DNA of 64,000 nucleotides from an uncultured Chloroflexia bacterium (GTDB lineage: Bacteria > Chloroflexota > Limnocylindria > Limnocylindrales > CSP1-4), in assembly GCA_963782715.1 (NCBI GenBank), contig CAWAKU010000022.1, positions 22,439-86,438 on the forward strand, read 5' to 3'. This document shows positions 41,632 to 53,077 of this stretch, piece after piece (position 1 is the stretch's first letter; each line of letters opens with the position of its first letter). The notes beneath the pieces were generated by a model. The model ran no database searches. It saw only the letters and a list, made by a program, of their open reading frames with translations, and was not told the DNA's origin. Both the position numbers and the translations under genes were made by a program.

Positions 41632-43100
41632 ATGTCAGGTCGCTCAAGGCATACCTATTGGAGTCGTGATTTTCAGTGCTAGTCGCCCTGGTGGCTGCGA
41701 CTCTTCTGGTTTCCCGCCGACTTATCCCGCGATAGCCATCACTCTGGCCACCGGGACTAGCGATCGACAGCGATGTCGCGATCGCTGGCCGGCGTCGGGT
41801 TCTGGATCGTCCTCACTCTGATCTGTTGGGCTCTTCCCGTTCGATCTCCCACGGGGGACTCAGCAGGCTGTGGCCAATGCGCCGATGCTCGCGGCGATCT
41901 TTCTAGGTGGCCCAGCGGTAGGTGGATGGGTTGCAGCTCTGGGAACCACCGAGACCCGCGAGCTCCGGGGCCGAATTCCCTGGTACGGAACACTGGCGAA
42001 CCACGCAGGGATTGCGTTGCCGGCCATTGCATCCGGCTGGTTTACGAATTCCTCCCCGGAAAGGGCGCCGGGCCGTTCGCGGATTTCATCAGGGCGATGC
42101 TCGCGGCCGGGGTGTTCTACGGCCTCAACGTTTGGTTCGCGGTCTCACTACTCGCCCTCCGCACTAGGCAGCCGATCCGCACGGTGCTACTGACGGAGTC
42201 GAGGGAGAACGTTCTTCAAGAATCTCGCGCTCGGTCCCCTTGGTTGGCTTATGGCCCTCGTGTACACGCGTCCTTTGGTGGGCGACGCTGCTGTTCGCAC
42301 TTCCGCTGTACACAACCGGACTGCTTCGCAGCGACTGATCGAGATGCGCGACATGTTCACCCAAACGATTGGTGCCCTTGCAGAAGCAGTCGACAAGCGC
42401 GATCCATATACCGCTCGACATAGCCAGAACGTGAAGATTGATCGCAGTCGATATCGGTCGAGTAATGCGCGTCAGCGATCGCGAGCTGGAGGCGCTGGAG
42501 TGGGGTGGGCTGCTCCACGACGTCGGCAAGATTGGCGTGCCAGACAACGTGCTACTCAAGTCGGATCGACTGAACCGCGAGGAGCGGATGATCATGAACT
42601 CGCATCCGGTCCTGGGTGCCCAAATCATCGCGCCGGTGACTAGATTGGCAGCGGAACTGCCGATCATCCGTCACCACCACGAGTGGTACAACGGGTCGGG
42701 ATATCCGGATCGACTCATCGGCGACGAGATACCGAAGCTTGCGAGAATCCTCCATGTCGCAGACGCATTCGAGGCAATGACCGCGGCCCGCCCGTACCGC
42801 ATGACTCCACTCACGGCCGAGCAGGCATTGGCCGAGCTGCGCAAGTTCGCAGGTGTCCAGTTCGATCCGGTCGTCGTCGATGCTTTCGTCAGGACAACGC
42901 ACGTCGAGGGTGTGGCGGATGCTGGCCGATCTGCAGGGCCACGTCAGATTCCGCTAATCGCACAGGCCGCCGATCGAATGACGACCGCGCCTCACTCGGA
43001 GGCTAAGGCGACGCCGTGCTTCAGCCGAACGCGTCTGACGGACTCTGCGTCGCCCGGCTGCACATTGCGTCGCTCGGACGACACCATGATGCAGCGGTGA
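41632..43100 (+). CDS. HD-GYP phosphodiesterase with an N-terminal multi-TM sensor; several frameshifts
   Basis: DPYTARHS, LLHDVGKIG, HHEWYNGSGYP, VADAFEAMT.RPYR, QFDP; hydrophobic fragments in ORFs 41773 and 41870. Confidence 0.85.
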
Positions 43101-43120
43101 ACAGCGCTCTACCCGCCCCC

Positions 43121-45191
43121 GTGTTGATCGGCGGCGTCGCCCTCGGACTCATCCTGGGCCTGCTCGTCGGCGGCTCGATCTCCAACCTGGCGTCGGTGCG
43201 CCTCCATCGCATCGGGATCCTCGTCGGCGCCGTGCTGCTCCGGTTCGGGACGGAGATCCTCCTCAATCAGGGCGTCCCGATCGCGGACACCCTGCGGGTT
43301 CCCCTCCTCGCCGCCGCCTACGGCCTTCTGCTCGTCGCGCTGTGGGCGAACCGCGGCTATCCGGGCATGAGCCTCGCGTTCATCGGTGTGCTCGCGAACG
43401 GTGTCGTCATCCTCGTCAACGGCGGGTACATGCCGATCTACCTGCCGAGCCTCGAGCTCGCCGGCCTGACCCCCGCAGACGTGACCTCGAACCTCCACGT
43501 GATCCTGGGACCGGCCCTGGACGCCAACTTCCTTCTTCACCTCGGCCCATTCGCCGACGTCATCCCCATCCCCTTCCCGCTCGTGCAGAACGTGGCCTCG
43601 ATCGGCGATGCGTTCCTGACCTTCGGTCTCGCCTTCTTCCTGTTCGCGGCCGTCGTCCGTGTCCCGCAGGAACTGGACGAGGAGCAGCTCGCGGTGATCC
43701 GCCAGCGGCTGGCCATCCTGTCCGCTTCGGGCCGTCCATTGCGCGCCGGCGACCCGGGCGCCGACACCGGGCTGTCGTCCGCCCTGACCCGCACCGTGGC
43801 CCTTGAGCGGCCCCTCGTCATGGGCAGCGCCGGTCCCGGGCTGGCATCCCCGTCCCTCAGCAGCTTCGAGGCGGACCCGGCGATCCCGGGCACGATCACG
43901 GTCTCGATCCCACGTCCAGTCGAGACGATCGAGCGGGTTCGTCACCACCCATACGTCCGGCTCGCGCTCAACGGCTCCTTCTCGGCCCTGTGGGCCGGCC
44001 AGCTCATCTCATTGTTCGGTGACCGACTCAACCAGCTCGCCCTGGTCGCCGTTGTGGCGATCTCGACCGGTTCGGCGCTGGCGACAGGGCTCGTGTTCTT
44101 CGCCGCCACGCTCCCGAACCTGCTGCTGAGCCCGATCGCGGGAACGTTCGTGGATCGCTGGGACCGTAAAGAGGTCATGGTCGTCAGTGACGTCCTGCGA
44201 GCCGCGCTGGTCCTGCTGTTGCCAGTCGCCGCGGTCACCAACATCATCCTGGTCTATCCGCTGATCTTCCTCGTGACGACGATCTCGGTGTTCTTCCGGC
44301 CGGCACGCGTGGCGATCCTTCCGCGGATCGTCCCGGAAGAGGACCTGCTCAGCGCCAACTCGGCCTTGTGGGTCGGCGAGACGATCGCGGATGTCATCGG
44401 TTATCCCCTTGCCGGCGTCTTCGTCGCGGTCCTCGGGAGCGCCGTGCCGCTCGCATTCTGGGTCGACAGCGCGACGTACCTCGCGTCGGCGGCGCTGATC
44501 GGGACGATCGTCGTCAGTTCAGTGGCAACGCGGCCAGGCGAAACGGGCGACGGCAGATCCATCGACGTCGACCGGCGACCCTCCATCCGGACCGAAATGG
44601 CGATCGGCTGGCAGTTCCTCCGCCATGAGACCGTTCTCCTTGCGAATACGCTGCAGGGCGCGGTCGGACAGTTCGCCCTTGGGATTGCCATCGCTCTCAC
44701 ACCGAGCTTCGCTCAGATGACATTCAGCCAGTCCGGTCTTGGGTGGCAGGCCGCGTACGGCTTTCTTGAGACTGCTCTTGGACTCGGCAACCTCATCGGC
44801 GGATTCACGATTGGTCTCATTGGAGACGCGGTTTGCGAAGGGTCGGATGGTCATCGCAGGCTACGCTCTGTGGGGTCTCCTGATCTTCTTGTTCGCTTTG
44901 TCGGGCAACTTGGCCGTCGCTATTGGACTGTCATTCGGACAGGGTGTTGCCGGCATGATCTTCATCATCCCGAGCCAAACGCTCTTCCAGGAACGAACGC
45001 CATCGGAGCTGATGGGAAGGGTCGTTGGCATCCGGTTCGCATTGGTCTTCGGGTCGATGACGATCGCGATGCTCCTCGGGTCCGTGCTGGGGCAGCTCGT
45101 CGGGCCGGCTCCGGTCATGGCTGTCTTCGGGCTGGTGACCGTCGGAGCCGGCCTGGCCGGGCTTCTCGTGCCGGCCGTCCGCGACGCGTGA
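43121..45191 (+). CDS. DUF5317-MFS (DHA3/EntS-like) fusion; apparent frameshift near 44830
   Basis: N-terminal NGVVILVNGGYMP...FADVIP...SIGD is in frame with LWAGQLISLFGD...GTFVDRWDRK. Confidence 0.85.
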
Positions 45192-45275
45192 CGGACGAGG
45201 GCTCGGCACCTTCGGTACACTGGCGCCCGCGCCGCGCCCGATGATCGAGGCGGCCGCCAGGAGTGACACGACCCG

Positions 45276-45879
45276 ATGACCGACCGACCCGACGGCACGC
45301 CGGAGGAGGCGCCCGCCACCGACGAGCCAACGGAGCCCGACGAGACCACGCCCGCCCCCGCACCCGAACCGGACTCCGGATCCGACGAGGAGGACGACGG
45401 ATCCAACGACGACGCGGACGACGACGAGGACGAACCGGAGTCCGACGACTCCCCAACGACCGGCGTCGCAGCAACGGCCGCCACGACCGCTGCCGCCGGT
45501 GGCACGGGAGGTCGCCGTCGGGCATCACACACCCGCTCCGCGCACGCCGACCCCGGCCGAGCGCGCGGTCAAGATGAACGAGCGACCGTCGCAGTACTTC
45601 GTCATCACGACGGTCGTGGTCTTCGTCGGCATCCTGCTCTACGGCCTCGTCGCCGGCCATGGCGGCTTCCTGACGGCCAAGCCGACGCCCGCACCCACGG
45701 AAGCCGCGAGCTCTAGCCCGATCGCATCGAGTTCGGTCGCGCCATCCACATCAGCCGGAGCCAGCGGTTCACCGGCAGCCTCGGCGAGCGCGGCCCCGAC
45801 GACGCCCGCGTCGACCGCCCCGTCGGCAGTACCGTCGGCGCCCGCCCCGTCCGTCGCGCCGTCACCGTCCCCTTCCTGA
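45276..45879 (+). CDS. Single-TM protein with an acidic N-terminus and a Ser/Ala/Pro-rich C-terminus; frameshift near 45540
   Basis: Join of ORFs 45276 and 45499. Confidence 0.6.
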
Positions 45880-45903
45880 TCCGGGGCTGATCGGCGGACT
45901 CGG

Positions 45904-46584
45904 GTGCGGCGTATCCTCGACCGCATGACCGGTCCCCCGGCGGACCCAGGGCGCGCTCGGGCCGCGATGGTCGCCAGCCAGCTGCGCGCGCGCGGCATCA
46001 CCGATGAACGCGTCCTCGCGGCGATGGGCGCCATCCCCCGCGAGACCTTCGTCCCCGAGTCGAGACGGCGCACCGCCTACGCCGATGAGGCGCTCCCGAT
46101 CGACGCCGGCCAGACCATCAGCCAGCCGTTCATGGTCGCCCGGATGACCGAGGACCTCGCCGTCAGCCCGGGCGACCGGATCCTCGAGATCGGGACCGGG
46201 TCTGGATACCAAGCCGCCGTCCTCGCCTGGCTCGGCGCGCACGTCACCTCGATCGAACGCCAGCCCGCGCTCATCGAGCCCGCCAGGCAGCGCATCTCCT
46301 CGCTCGACCTCGACGGCGACGTCGTCATCCGCGAGGCCGACGGCAGTCTCGGCGACGAGGCCGGCGCCCCGTGGGACGGCATCATCGTCACGGCCGGCGC
46401 ACCGGCCATCCCATCCGAGCTGCGCGACCAGCTCGGCGAGGACGGACGTCTCGTGATCCCGGTCGGCACGCACGATCGCCAGCTGCTCACCGTCGTGACG
46501 CGCCACGGCGATACGTGGGACGAACGCACCGACGGATACTGCATCTTCGTCCCGCTCATCGGCGCCGGCGGGTGGGAAGGGTGA
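45904..46584 (+). CDS. pcm: Protein-L-isoaspartate O-methyltransferase
   Basis: GQTISQPFMVA, LEIGTGSGYQAA, FVPLIG. Confidence 0.95.
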   Translation: MRRILDRMTGPPADPGRARAAMVASQLRARGITDERVLAAMGAIPRETFVPESRRRTAYADEALPIDAGQTISQPFMVARMTEDLAVSPGDRILEIGTGSGYQAAVLAWLGAHVTSIERQPALIEPARQRISSLDLDGDVVIREADGSLGDEAGAPWDGIIVTAGAPAIPSELRDQLGEDGRLVIPVGTHDRQLLTVVTRHGDTWDERTDGYCIFVPLIGAGGWEG

Positions 46585-46633
46585 CCCGGAGCGGCCCGCG
46601 ACCGCGGGGCACGGTCGGTATACTCGCCCGGCC

Positions 46634-47707
46634 ATGACCCACGTCTTCGTCGCCCCGCACCCGGACGACGTCGCACTCTCGTGCGGCGGCCTCATCGCCA
46701 GCCTCAGGGAGCTCGGTCAGACGGTGACCATCCTGACCGTCTTCTCGGGCGATGGCGCGTCGAGTCGCCTGACCCCGTACCAGCGCGAGGCGCTCGGATT
46801 CGGTTCGAAGGCGATGTGGCCGGCGACCGAGGCATTCAACCGGGCGGACATCGCCGCCGACTGGCCGACCGCCGCGCTCGTCCCGGCCTGGGCCGCCGAC
46901 AGCGACCGACTCGACGCCACCCAGAACGACGCCGACGCGGCAGCCAAGCGCTTCTGGCAGCGCTCGTCGTGGTACCGACGCGCCAGCATCCGCAACGAAT
47001 CGCTGGCCGGCCAGCCGGTCGAGGACGACCTGCCGACCCAGGGCGCCGTCTACACCGACGACATCATGGCCGCTGCCGCCGCGGGCGACCTCATGGCACA
47101 GCGCCGACTCGAGGACGAACGGTTCGCCTACTTCGCCGAGGCGTCGATCGTCTTCCTCGACCTGCCTGACGCCGTCTTCCGTGGCTACGAGGGTGACGAC
47201 GAGCTGCTCGGGATGCCGCGCGCAGACGACGACGCGCCGTACGAGCTCCTCCGCCGCGAGATCGCCCGGCTCGAACCGCAGAAGGTCTACCTGCCGCTCG
47301 GCGTCGGTGGTCATGTCGACCACCAGCTCTGCCGCGAGGTCGGGATCCGCCTCCTCCAGGAAGGCCGGCGCTGGGTGATGCCCGGCCCGGACTACGCGGG
47401 CATCGTCACGTTCTACGAGGATTTCCCGTACGCCTGGTGGAACGACTTCCGGAGCATCGACGACATGCCCGGGGCACCCCTGGCCGCCCTGCCGGCGGAG
47501 ATCAGCGTGACCGCCGAGTACGCCGACATCACCGACCAGCTCGAACGGAAGATCATGGGCATCAACCTGTACGAGAGCCAGATGGAGCGCCTGTTCGACG
47601 GCACGCGCCAGATGGCCGATGCGGTCCGAGCCTACGGCCGGGCCATGGCCGAGCTGGGTGACGTGGACGGGTCCGCCGAGCGGTATTGGGCGTCGGGTCG
47701 CGTCTGA
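46634..47707 (+). CDS. PIG-L/LmbE family deacetylase
   Basis: APHPDD, GHVDH, YEDFPY, YESQ. Confidence 0.9.
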   Translation: MTHVFVAPHPDDVALSCGGLIASLRELGQTVTILTVFSGDGASSRLTPYQREALGFGSKAMWPATEAFNRADIAADWPTAALVPAWAADSDRLDATQNDADAAAKRFWQRSSWYRRASIRNESLAGQPVEDDLPTQGAVYTDDIMAAAAAGDLMAQRRLEDERFAYFAEASIVFLDLPDAVFRGYEGDDELLGMPRADDDAPYELLRREIARLEPQKVYLPLGVGGHVDHQLCREVGIRLLQEGRRWVMPGPDYAGIVTFYEDFPYAWWNDFRSIDDMPGAPLAALPAEISVTAEYADITDQLERKIMGINLYESQMERLFDGTRQMADAVRAYGRAMAELGDVDGSAERYWASGRV

Positions 47708-47711
47708 CCCG

Positions 47712-48981
47712 ATGTCGGTCGATGCGCCGTCGAGGCGCTGGACGGACCGACCACTCCCCGTCCTGATCGTCGCGCTCGCGATCGCGCTGGTCGCCGGCGT
47801 GATCATCCGGGTCGCGCTCCTCCCGACCGAGGGCCTCCGCGGCGACCTCGACCAGTTCGTCCTGTGGGTCCACGGCATTGCCGTCGGTGGTCTCGGCAAC
47901 GCCTACGACCAGAACCTGTCGTTCCCGCCGGTGATGGCCTACATCTGGGGCGTGCTGGCGGCCATCCAGCCGGCCTTCCAGACCGTCACCGACGCATCCG
48001 ACCCGGGCATCCGGGCACTGATGAAGCTGCCCGCCTCGCTGGCGGACATCGGGCTGGCGCTGCTCGCGCTGTACGCCCTGCGCGACCGCGTCGTCTGGGG
48101 CGTGACGGCCGCCATCGCGATCCTGCTGGTCCCGGCCGTCTTCGACATCTCGGCCTGGTGGGGCCAGTACGAGAGCATCTACCTGCTGTTCGCCATGGCG
48201 GCGGTCGTGTTCGCGCTCGAGGATCGGAATGCGGTGGCGGCCGCGGCCCTCGCACTCGCGCTCATGACCAAGCCGCAGGCACTCCCCTTCCTCGTCCCGT
48301 TCGCCGCCTGGTTCTGGGCTCGCGGCGGCCTGCGCGGGTTCCTGACGGCGGCCGCGGTCGGGGCCGGCGTCATCGTCCTCGTCTGGCTGCCGTTCATCCC
48401 GGCCGGCGGCCCGGCCCACTACCTGAAGAACCTGGCCGAGTACCAGGGCGACATCTTCGCGATCCTGTCGCTCCGGGCATGGAATCTGTGGTGGCTCGTC
48501 CAGGAGGCGTTCGCCGGCGGCCAGTTCGTGGCCGACGACAACGCCATCCTCGGGCCGGTCACATTCCGCCACGTCGGCTACGCCCTGACCGCGCTGTTCG
48601 AGCTGGTGGTCTTCGTCGCGGTCCTGCGCGATGCGCGGCCACGGACGCTGATCCTCGGACTCGCGGCGTCGACGCTCGTCGCGTTCTGCTTCCTGACCTC
48701 GATGCACGAGCGCTATGCCTACGGCGCGCTGATCTTCCTGATGCTCCTGCTGGTCGACCGGCCGGTCCGGGCGCTCGCCATCGCCTTCGCCGTCGTCTTC
48801 ACCCTGAACCTGCTGGCCGCCGTCCCACCGACGCCGGCGATCGGCGACCTGCTGCCGGTCGCCGGGGTCCTCGGCATCGCCGGGTCCATCGCGATGATCG
48901 GTATCGCCGTCGGCCTGCCTGTGGCTGCTGCTCCGCGAGCCGGAGCCGGACGCTCAGCCGGTCAGGACGCCGTCGGTCTGA
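47712..48981 (+). CDS. GT-C membrane glycosyltransferase; frameshift near 48915
   Basis: DLDQFVLW, FPP, MKLP, WWGQYES, TKPQ, SMHERY. Confidence 0.8.
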
Positions 48982-49885
48982 GTCCGAGCGCGGCCCGGCC
49001 CTGCGCCGCACCTCGAGGACGGCCAGTCGCCATCACCGCGAGCGGCGTCAGGAGCGGCACGGCAGAGCGCGAGCAGCGCGGCGAGCAGGGGGCGCCGGAC
49101 GAGCGCCGGGAGGGCCATCGCGACGTAGTAGAACTGGGTGGCGGGCCAGGCCGCGGGGACGGCGAACCACTCGGCGCCGTCACGACGCAGGACCCACAGC
49201 GCGAGGAGCGTCGGTGGCACGAGGATCGGGATCCGCCAGGCACTGCCGTTCCACGCCGTCGACCAGATGCGCCGAGACGCCCAGGCCGTCCTGGAGGTAG
49301 AGCTGCCACGGCAGGAACGGCAGCGTCACGACGACCACGATGCCCGCGATCGACGAGCGACCGGGGCCGGGCGATCGAGCGGGATCGCGGCGTACAGCTT
49401 GATGAGGACGGCCACGGCGGCCGGGGCGGACCCGCCGACCACCAGCAGCGCGAGGGCGACCGTCTGCGGGTTGCCGTTCCAGATCGCCTGGAGGAGCGGC
49501 GGGAAGGCCAGCCACCACAGCGGCGCCTCGAGCCGGCGGACCATCCAGATCGACGCGACGAGTCCGATGACCACCCAGATCGCGACCGCGACCTGCAGGG
49601 CGAGGAAGCTGGTCGGCACGTAGAACAGCAGCGTGTGCGGGGCGGACGCGTAGTGGATGCCACCGCCCGCCGTGACCGACCACGGATCGCCGCCGGCGAG
49701 CCACGTGTTGGCGGCTCGCTGGTAGTGGTCCGCGTCGATGCCGAGGATGTCCGCCGGACGATCCACAGCAGGTCGATGACGACGAACCAGGCCGGCAGCC
49801 CGATCCGGGCGAGAGCGCCAGCCGGAGCCCGTCGAACGCGGGCGGCACCCGGATGCGCCGGGAGAGGACCGGCCTCAGCGCCCAC
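48954..49885 (-). CDS. GT87-like membrane protein; several frameshifts
   Basis: Fragments IDADHY...GGDPW...FPPLLQAIWNGN...IKLYA across frames. Confidence 0.65.
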
Positions 49886-50618
49886 GGCGACCGAGTCGTG
49901 CCATGAAGGCCACCCGGTACCAGTGCAGGTAGTGCGGCAGCCACTTGCGAAGCTTGAAGTTGCTCTGGCCGGCCGTCCGGTCGCGCCAGGTCGTCGGGAC
50001 CTCGGCCACCCGGCGGCGGGCCATCGTCGCCTTGACGGTCAGCTCGAGCGCCAGCTCGAAGCCGGCCGTGCTCTCGATGGTCACCGAATCGAGGAAGCGC
50101 CGCGAGTACAGCTTGAAGTTGTTGGTCGGGTCGTGGGTCGGCACGCCGGCGAACCAGTGCAGGGTCAGCCCGGCCGTCCGGCTCATCAGCCGCTTGAGCG
50201 GCGGCCCGCCGACCTGGTGCCCGCCACGCATGTAGCGCGAGGCCGACACGACATCGGCCCCATCGCGCGCGAGTGCGACCATCGGGTCGACGACGACCGG
50301 CTCGTCCGAGCCGTCGGACATCGAGATCAGGACGTAGCGGCCGCGCGATGCGGCGATCCCGGCACGCATCGCGTTGAGCACCCCGCGCCCGATGTCGTTG
50401 CGCAGGCCGCGGATCGTCGGCACTTCGGCCGCCAGGCGCTCGATGACGGGGACGGTCGGGTCCTCGTCGAAGTCGTAGACGACGAGGATCTCGTGCGACG
50501 CGCTGACCGCCGCGGTCATGGCCCGCAGGACAGGCTCGACCGCCTCGCCCTCCTTGAACACGGGCATCACGATCGAGAGCTCGGGCGCCGGGGGCGCGGC
50601 CGCCCGGACCGGGTCCAT
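49875..50618 (-). CDS. GT2, polyprenyl-phosphate glycosyltransferase
   Basis: SIVMPVFKEG, MSDGSD, SASRYMRGG, DPTNNFKLY. Confidence 0.9.
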   Translation of the reverse strand: MDPVRAAAPPAPELSIVMPVFKEGEAVEPVLRAMTAAVSASHEILVVYDFDEDPTVPVIERLAAEVPTIRGLRNDIGRGVLNAMRAGIAASRGRYVLISMSDGSDEPVVVDPMVALARDGADVVSASRYMRGGHQVGGPPLKRLMSRTAGLTLHWFAGVPTHDPTNNFKLYSRRFLDSVTIESTAGFELALELTVKATMARRRVAEVPTTWRDRTAGQSNFKLRKWLPHYLHWYRVAFMARLGRRGR

Positions 50619-51640
50619 CAGATCCGTCCGTCGTCCGCTTCGGCGCGGATCCACGGGATGACCTCGTCGAGCATCGCGTCGAGCGAGGTCGTCGCCTCGA
50701 AGCCGAGGATCTCCCGCGCCTTGCGCACGTCCGGGACGCGGAGCTGGACGTCGTGTTCGAATGGCGGGTCGCTGACGAAGCGGAACGGAGCGCCATCGGC
50801 ACGGGCCTTGCGCCAGATCGTCTCGGCCAGCTCGAGCACGGTGGTCGAGGTCGCGGTCGACAGGTTGAAGTCGTCGTTGATCGCGACCGGAGCCTCCATC
50901 GCGAGGCGGATGCCGTGGGCGAGGTCGCCGCCATACGTGTAATGGCGGACCTGATCGCCCGACCCAAGGATATGGAGGGGGTCCTGGCCCTTGAGCACCT
51001 TGAGCACGAGGTCGGGCACGACGTGGCTCAGCGCGAGCTTGACGTTGCCACTCATGACGTCCGTGTCGCGAACGGCCCGGCGCTCGCCGATGCCGACGCA
51101 ATTGAACGGGCGGACGATCGTGTACGGCAGCTTGAACTGCTCCCAGGCGCCCTTGGCGAAGTACTCCGAGGCAAGCTTCTGGAAGCCGTAGGTCGAGACC
51201 GGAGGTGGCGAGGTCAGCTGGGCGCCCTCCGGCGTCGGGAAGGTCGTCGCCAATTCGTAGACCATCGAGCTGCTGATGACGACGATCCGCTCGAGGCGCC
51301 CCGACCGATGTGCGGCGATGGCGGCGTCGAAGGTGGACGCGAGGATTCGCTCGTTCTCGGCCAGCAGGTCGTAGGCGAATTCGTGGAAGTAGCTGATGCC
51401 GCCGATCATCGCGGCGGCCGCCACGACCTGGTCGCAGTCGGCGACGAGCTCGCGCATGAGCGCGGTGTCCTTGGCATCGCCCTCGACGAACCGGTAGCGC
51501 GGATGGTCGTCGTACGACTTCGCGAGCCGGCCGTATTTGCTGAAGTCGTCGAGCCCGATCACTTCGTGGCCGGCTTCGAGGAGCTCCGGAACGAGGTAGC
51601 CGTTGATGAACCCGGCGGCGCCCGTGACGAGGATGCGCAT
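50618..51640 (-). CDS. NAD-dependent epimerase/dehydratase
   Basis: TGAAGFING, SSSMVY, YGFQK, RPFN. Confidence 0.92.
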   Translation of the reverse strand: MRILVTGAAGFINGYLVPELLEAGHEVIGLDDFSKYGRLAKSYDDHPRYRFVEGDAKDTALMRELVADCDQVVAAAAMIGGISYFHEFAYDLLAENERILASTFDAAIAAHRSGRLERIVVISSSMVYELATTFPTPEGAQLTSPPPVSTYGFQKLASEYFAKGAWEQFKLPYTIVRPFNCVGIGERRAVRDTDVMSGNVKLALSHVVPDLVLKVLKGQDPLHILGSGDQVRHYTYGGDLAHGIRLAMEAPVAINDDFNLSTATSTTVLELAETIWRKARADGAPFRFVSDPPFEHDVQLRVPDVRKAREILGFEATTSLDAMLDEVIPWIRAEADDGRI

Positions 51641-52846
51641 CAGAGCTGGATGCCTCCGCCGAGGGCTCCCCACACGTCGACGACGTCCTTGCCACCGATC
51701 TCGAGCGACCGGTACGGCTTATGCGGGGCACCGAGGACCAGGATGTCGCTCTCCTGGAGGACGCGTTCGAGCGCCACGAGGCGATCGTCGATGACGTACG
51801 GGTCGGTCGCGAGCACGTGCGCACCGGACCACGCCAGGAGCTTGCGGAGCTTGTAACTGAGTGAGGCGCCGAGGATCGTCCGACTCGGCCTTGAAGGCCA
51901 TCCCGAGGATACCGACGGTCTTGCCGGTCAGCCCACCGTAGCGCCGCTCGAGCGCCGAGACGATGTAGGCCGGCAGGCCCTCGTTGACCTGCATGGCCGC
52001 CTGGCCGAGCGGGAAGTGATCGGCGGTGAAGGCCGACAGCTGCATGGTGTCCTTGAACAGGCACGGGCCGGCGGCGAAGCCGGGACCGGGCAGGTCGGCA
52101 GCTCGTGGGTAGTCCTCGCGGATCGCCCTCAGGATGTTCGTGTAGTCCACTCCGGCCGAGTCGGCGATCATGAAGAACTGGTTGGCGACCGCGAATTTCA
52201 TGTAGCGCCACGTATTGGTGAAGAGCTTCGTCAACTCCGCTTCCTTGGTCGTCGTCCGGATGGTCTTGGAGGCCAGCGTCCCGAACAGGGAGGCGGCACG
52301 CTCGGCCGCGACATCCGTATCGGCACCGATGATCTGCGGCAGCGAGGACAGCTCCTCGAGGGCATGACCCTCGGCGATGCGCTCCGGGCAGAACGCCACG
52401 TCGACGACGCAGCCGCGGTCGGCGAGGTGCTGGGCGACGTAGCCCGTGGTGCCCGGGTAGACGGTGCTCCGGAGTGCGACCAGCGCCCCCTCGCGCAGAT
52501 GGGGTCCGATCTGGTCGACCGCCTTCTCGAAGATCGTCATCGATGGGCCGAGGAACTCGTCCACGGGCGTCCCGATGACCACGACGAGCTGCATCGTCCG
52601 TTCGATCATCGAGCCGTCCGTGCCGAACGACAGGCGACCTGTGGGCAAGAGCTCGCGCAGGAGCTCATCGGCACCCGTCTCCATGAACGGCATGTCGCCC
52701 TGGGCGATCCGATCGAGGGTCGCCTGGTTGGTGTCATAGATACCCACCCGCAGGCCGGCCTTGGCAAAGGCAAGGCTCAGGGGCAGACCGACATGACCGC
52801 CGCCGCCAAGCACGACGACGTCGAGATCCGGGGAAACCTTACTCAC
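51640..52846 (-). CDS. Nucleotide-sugar dehydrogenase (WecC/Ugd family); frameshift near 51865
   Basis: GGGGHVGLP, RSTVYPGTT, CPERI, AGPCLFKD, GMAFKAESDD. Confidence 0.9.
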
Positions 52847-53077
52847 AGCCCGACTTTAGCAGGGAGGTGCGCAGGCGCACCTAGGTCCATCGTCTGGTTC
52901 ACGCTGGTACTCCGCCCGAGGACCATGATCCGTCGCCCGGACGCGGGATGGTGGCCTATATGCCGAGCGCCGTTGGTACTCGTGGGATTTATTTATTATG
53001 AGAATTACACAGTTATTTATACGAAGAGTGTAATGAGGAGTAAGGAGAGGCAAGGGCATCGATGACCTCATCGCAGC

